NCBI GenBank assembly: GCA_963727485.1
Contig: CAVSGM010000011.1
Coordinates: forward strand, 320,001 to 384,000
Source of the DNA: an uncultured delta proteobacterium
GTDB lineage: Bacteria > Myxococcota > Myxococcia > SLRQ01
DNA: 64,000 nucleotides
Reading direction: 5' to 3'
Part shown: one piece after another, positions 61,653 to 64,000 of the stretch
Numbering within the stretch: the stretch's first letter is position 1
Layout of the letters: every line of letters begins with the position of its first letter
The notes under the pieces: model-generated
Database searches by the model: none
The model's input: the letters and a program-made list of their open reading frames with translations, nothing else
Told to the model about the DNA's origin: nothing
Made by a program: the position numbers and the translations under genes

Positions 61653-63293
61653 TTGATCGACATAGCACCACAGCTCGAACGGCACGTGATCCTCGGCGGG
61701 CTCATGGGCGCGGGCAAGTCGTCGGTGGCGCCGCTTCTCGGCGACCGCCTCCGGCTCCCGGTCCGTGATCTCGACGCGGAGATCGTGTCCCGGGCCGGCG
61801 TCTCCATCGCCGAGGTCTTCGCCTCGGAGGGGGAGCACGGCTTCCGGGCCCTCGAGCGCCAGCTCCTCGCCGAGTGCCTCGCCTCGCCGCCCGCCGTGGT
61901 GGCGGTCGGCGGCGGCGCCCTCTGCGAGGAGACGGCGTGGCGGGTCATCGAGGCCGCGGGGGCCGTCTCCGTGGTCCTCGGCGCCTCGCCGGAGGTCCTG
62001 GCCGGGCGCACCGCCGGCGACGACCGGCCCCTGTTGAGGGGGACGGACGCCGCCGGGCGTCGGGAACGTCTCGCCGAGCTCCTCCGGACCCGGGACCCCT
62101 GGTACCGGCGGGCCGACCGGCAGGTGGACACCACCGGCCGGAGCCTGGCGGAGGTCGCCGAAGCGGCGGCCGCCGCGGCCCTAGAGGTTGGGGCGGCCAC
62201 GGTTCCGGTACGGCTCGGGGCGCGCAGCTACCGGGTCTCGATCACCCCGACGGGGCTCGAGAACCTGGGCGCCGAGATGGCGCGCCGCCTGCCCCCCAAA
62301 GGTCCCCAGACCCGGGTGGGCCTGGTCAGCGACGACACGGTCATGGGCCTCCACGGGCCGGCGGCCGGGGCTTCGCTGAAGGCGGCTGGCTACGAGGTGG
62401 CGCAGGTCACCTTCCCCGCCGGCGAGGTCCACAAGCACCTGGGCACCTGGCAGTCGGTGGTGGACGGTCTCCTCGAGGCCGGCCTCCAGCGCGGCGCCCC
62501 GGTGGTGGCCCTCGGCGGCGGCGTCGTCGGCGACCTCGCGGGCTTCGCCGCGGCGAGCCTGCACCGGGGCTGCCCGGTGGTCCAGGTCCCCACGACCCTA
62601 CTGGCCATGGTGGACGCCTCGGTCGGCGGCAAGACCGGCGTCGACCACGCGGTGGGCAAGAACCTGGTCGGCGCCTTTCACCAGCCGTCCCTGGTCCACG
62701 CCGCCCTCGGCACCCTGGCCACCCTCCCGGAGCGCGAGTACGTCGCCGGTCTCGGCGAGGTCGTGAAGTACGCGCTCCTCGAGCCCGGTGGATCGCTCCT
62801 GGCGCGCCTCGAGGCGGAGCCCGAGGCGATCCTCGCCCGGCAGCCCGAGGTCCTGCACCCGCTGGTCCGCCGCTGCGTCGCCCTCAAGGCGGCCGTGGTC
62901 GAGGCCGACGAGGTCGAGGCCGGGGCCCGGCGCCAGCTCAACCTGGGCCACACCCTGGGCCACGCCCTGGAGGTCCACACCGGCTACGGCACCTGGCGTC
63001 ACGGCGAGGCGGTGGCCCTGGGGCTCCTCGCCGCCATCCGGGTGGGGACCGCCTTCGGCGACTGCCCGGCGGCCCTGGAGGCGCGGGTGGTCCGGCTCCT
63101 CGGGGCCCTGGGCCTCCCGACCGACCCGGCTCCCCTCCTGGACCCGACGGTCATCGCCCGGGTGGCGAGGGACAAGAAGATGTCCGGAGACGCCGTTCAC
63201 TTCGTGGTGCCTGTCGAGGGCGGAGGGGCCCGCGTCACCCCCCTCACGCTGGAAACGCTCCAATTGATTCTCATAGGAAGAGGAGAGGGATGA
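61653..63293 (+). CDS. aroKB: Fused shikimate kinase / 3-dehydroquinate synthase (AroK-AroB)
   Basis: GLMGAGKS, EGEHGFRALE, RPLL; then GEVHK, ALGGGVVGDLAGFAAA, PTTLLAMVDASVGGKTG, KNLVGAFHQP, LNLGHTLGHALE, HGEAV, DKK, all in one frame. Confidence 0.93.
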   Translation: MIDIAPQLERHVILGGLMGAGKSSVAPLLGDRLRLPVRDLDAEIVSRAGVSIAEVFASEGEHGFRALERQLLAECLASPPAVVAVGGGALCEETAWRVIEAAGAVSVVLGASPEVLAGRTAGDDRPLLRGTDAAGRRERLAELLRTRDPWYRRADRQVDTTGRSLAEVAEAAAAAALEVGAATVPVRLGARSYRVSITPTGLENLGAEMARRLPPKGPQTRVGLVSDDTVMGLHGPAAGASLKAAGYEVAQVTFPAGEVHKHLGTWQSVVDGLLEAGLQRGAPVVALGGGVVGDLAGFAAASLHRGCPVVQVPTTLLAMVDASVGGKTGVDHAVGKNLVGAFHQPSLVHAALGTLATLPEREYVAGLGEVVKYALLEPGGSLLARLEAEPEAILARQPEVLHPLVRRCVALKAAVVEADEVEAGARRQLNLGHTLGHALEVHTGYGTWRHGEAVALGLLAAIRVGTAFGDCPAALEARVVRLLGALGLPTDPAPLLDPTVIARVARDKKMSGDAVHFVVPVEGGGARVTPLTLETLQLILIGRGEG

Positions 63294-63963
63294 TGAAGAC
63301 CATCACAACGGTGGGCCTGCTGGCCCTGGTCGTGGCCGTCGGGGGGTGCGGCGTCCAGAACCGCACCAGCCTCGAGGTCACCAGCCCCCTGCATTGGAAG
63401 ATTGCCGCCGGGAGCTCGGCGGTGCCGCCGCCACCTGCGCGCTCGATAACAGCGTCCACGACGACGTACGGGGTCATGGACGTGGCGTTCCACGGGCTAG
63501 CACGTTCACCGAGCCTTTCGAGATCGTGAACAACATGCCGACAACCGACGACAACACCAACACCGGGCGACTGAACACCACCGACTTCGATGGTCAGCGG
63601 GTGGTGGCCGCCTACCTCGGCACCACCGACGCCACCACCACGGCGCTCTCGGGGCTGGCGGCCGCAGATCCCGGTCTCCGCGTACCATCTCCGCGGGTGG
63701 CGGCAACGATCCAGGGCAACCTGCCCCTCGATCCCCGCCAACGTGGGGAAGGCCATCGGTGCGGCCGTGGCCCCCAACGCCGGGGACTCCCAGACGGTGA
63801 TCGTCCGCTGGCGCCTCGATGGCGTCCGCAAGGACGGCATGGCGGTGAGCAGCGGCGACTACCAGTTCCCCGTCACCGTGTGCAATGGTTGCCTGGCCTG
63901 CCCCTCGGGGACCACCGCCGCCTTCTGCTAGCCCGGGCCAGAGCCCCGCTCATCTGCCAGTAG
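63290..63963 (+). CDS. Putative lipoprotein, apparently broken by several frameshifts
   Basis: GGAGAGG RBS and lipobox VGGC. Protein-like segments continue in other frames (NTGRLNTTDFDG; YQFPVTVCNGCLAC). End coordinate is approximate. Confidence 0.55.
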
Positions 63964-64000
63964 CGCTTCCCGCCGCCGGCCGGACCCCGGCCGTCCTCTT

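Overview
Very GC-rich bacterial DNA, most consistent with a Myxococcota/deltaproteobacterial genome (MYXO-CTERM-like protein, myxobacterial-type large pilin and pilGHI). 1-22 kb holds a sigma54 response regulator plus ZIP transporter, a MoxR-DUF58-Bat(A/B-C/D/E) operon, a lytic transglycosylase, glutamate dehydrogenase, a methyltransferase-pdxH-small Cys protein-greB-trmJ-like run, a large FG-GAP subtilase, ribF and aroE. 22-62 kb is one large type IVa pilus locus. It begins with pilBTC-pilSR (+). A ~23 kb minus-strand block follows, carrying four tandem predicted GT-C-type membrane glycosyltransferases (three YfhO-like) directly upstream of a sigma54-driven pilA, then pilGHI, fimU-pilVWX-pilY1, a small exported protein and a lipoprotein with a ZU5-like HFS motif. 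The locus ends with pilD, an orphan PilS2-like kinase, an XRE regulator and pilMNOPQ (+), followed by an aroK-aroB fusion. The best candidate for an undescribed system is the GT-C cluster embedded at pilA, a possible pilus/surface glycosylation module. About twenty apparent frameshifts occur, almost all in or just after the pilus locus and densest in pilA; they most likely reflect long-read or consensus errors. No rRNA, tRNA, CRISPR or transposase was recognised. All family calls come from motif recognition by eye, not from database searches.
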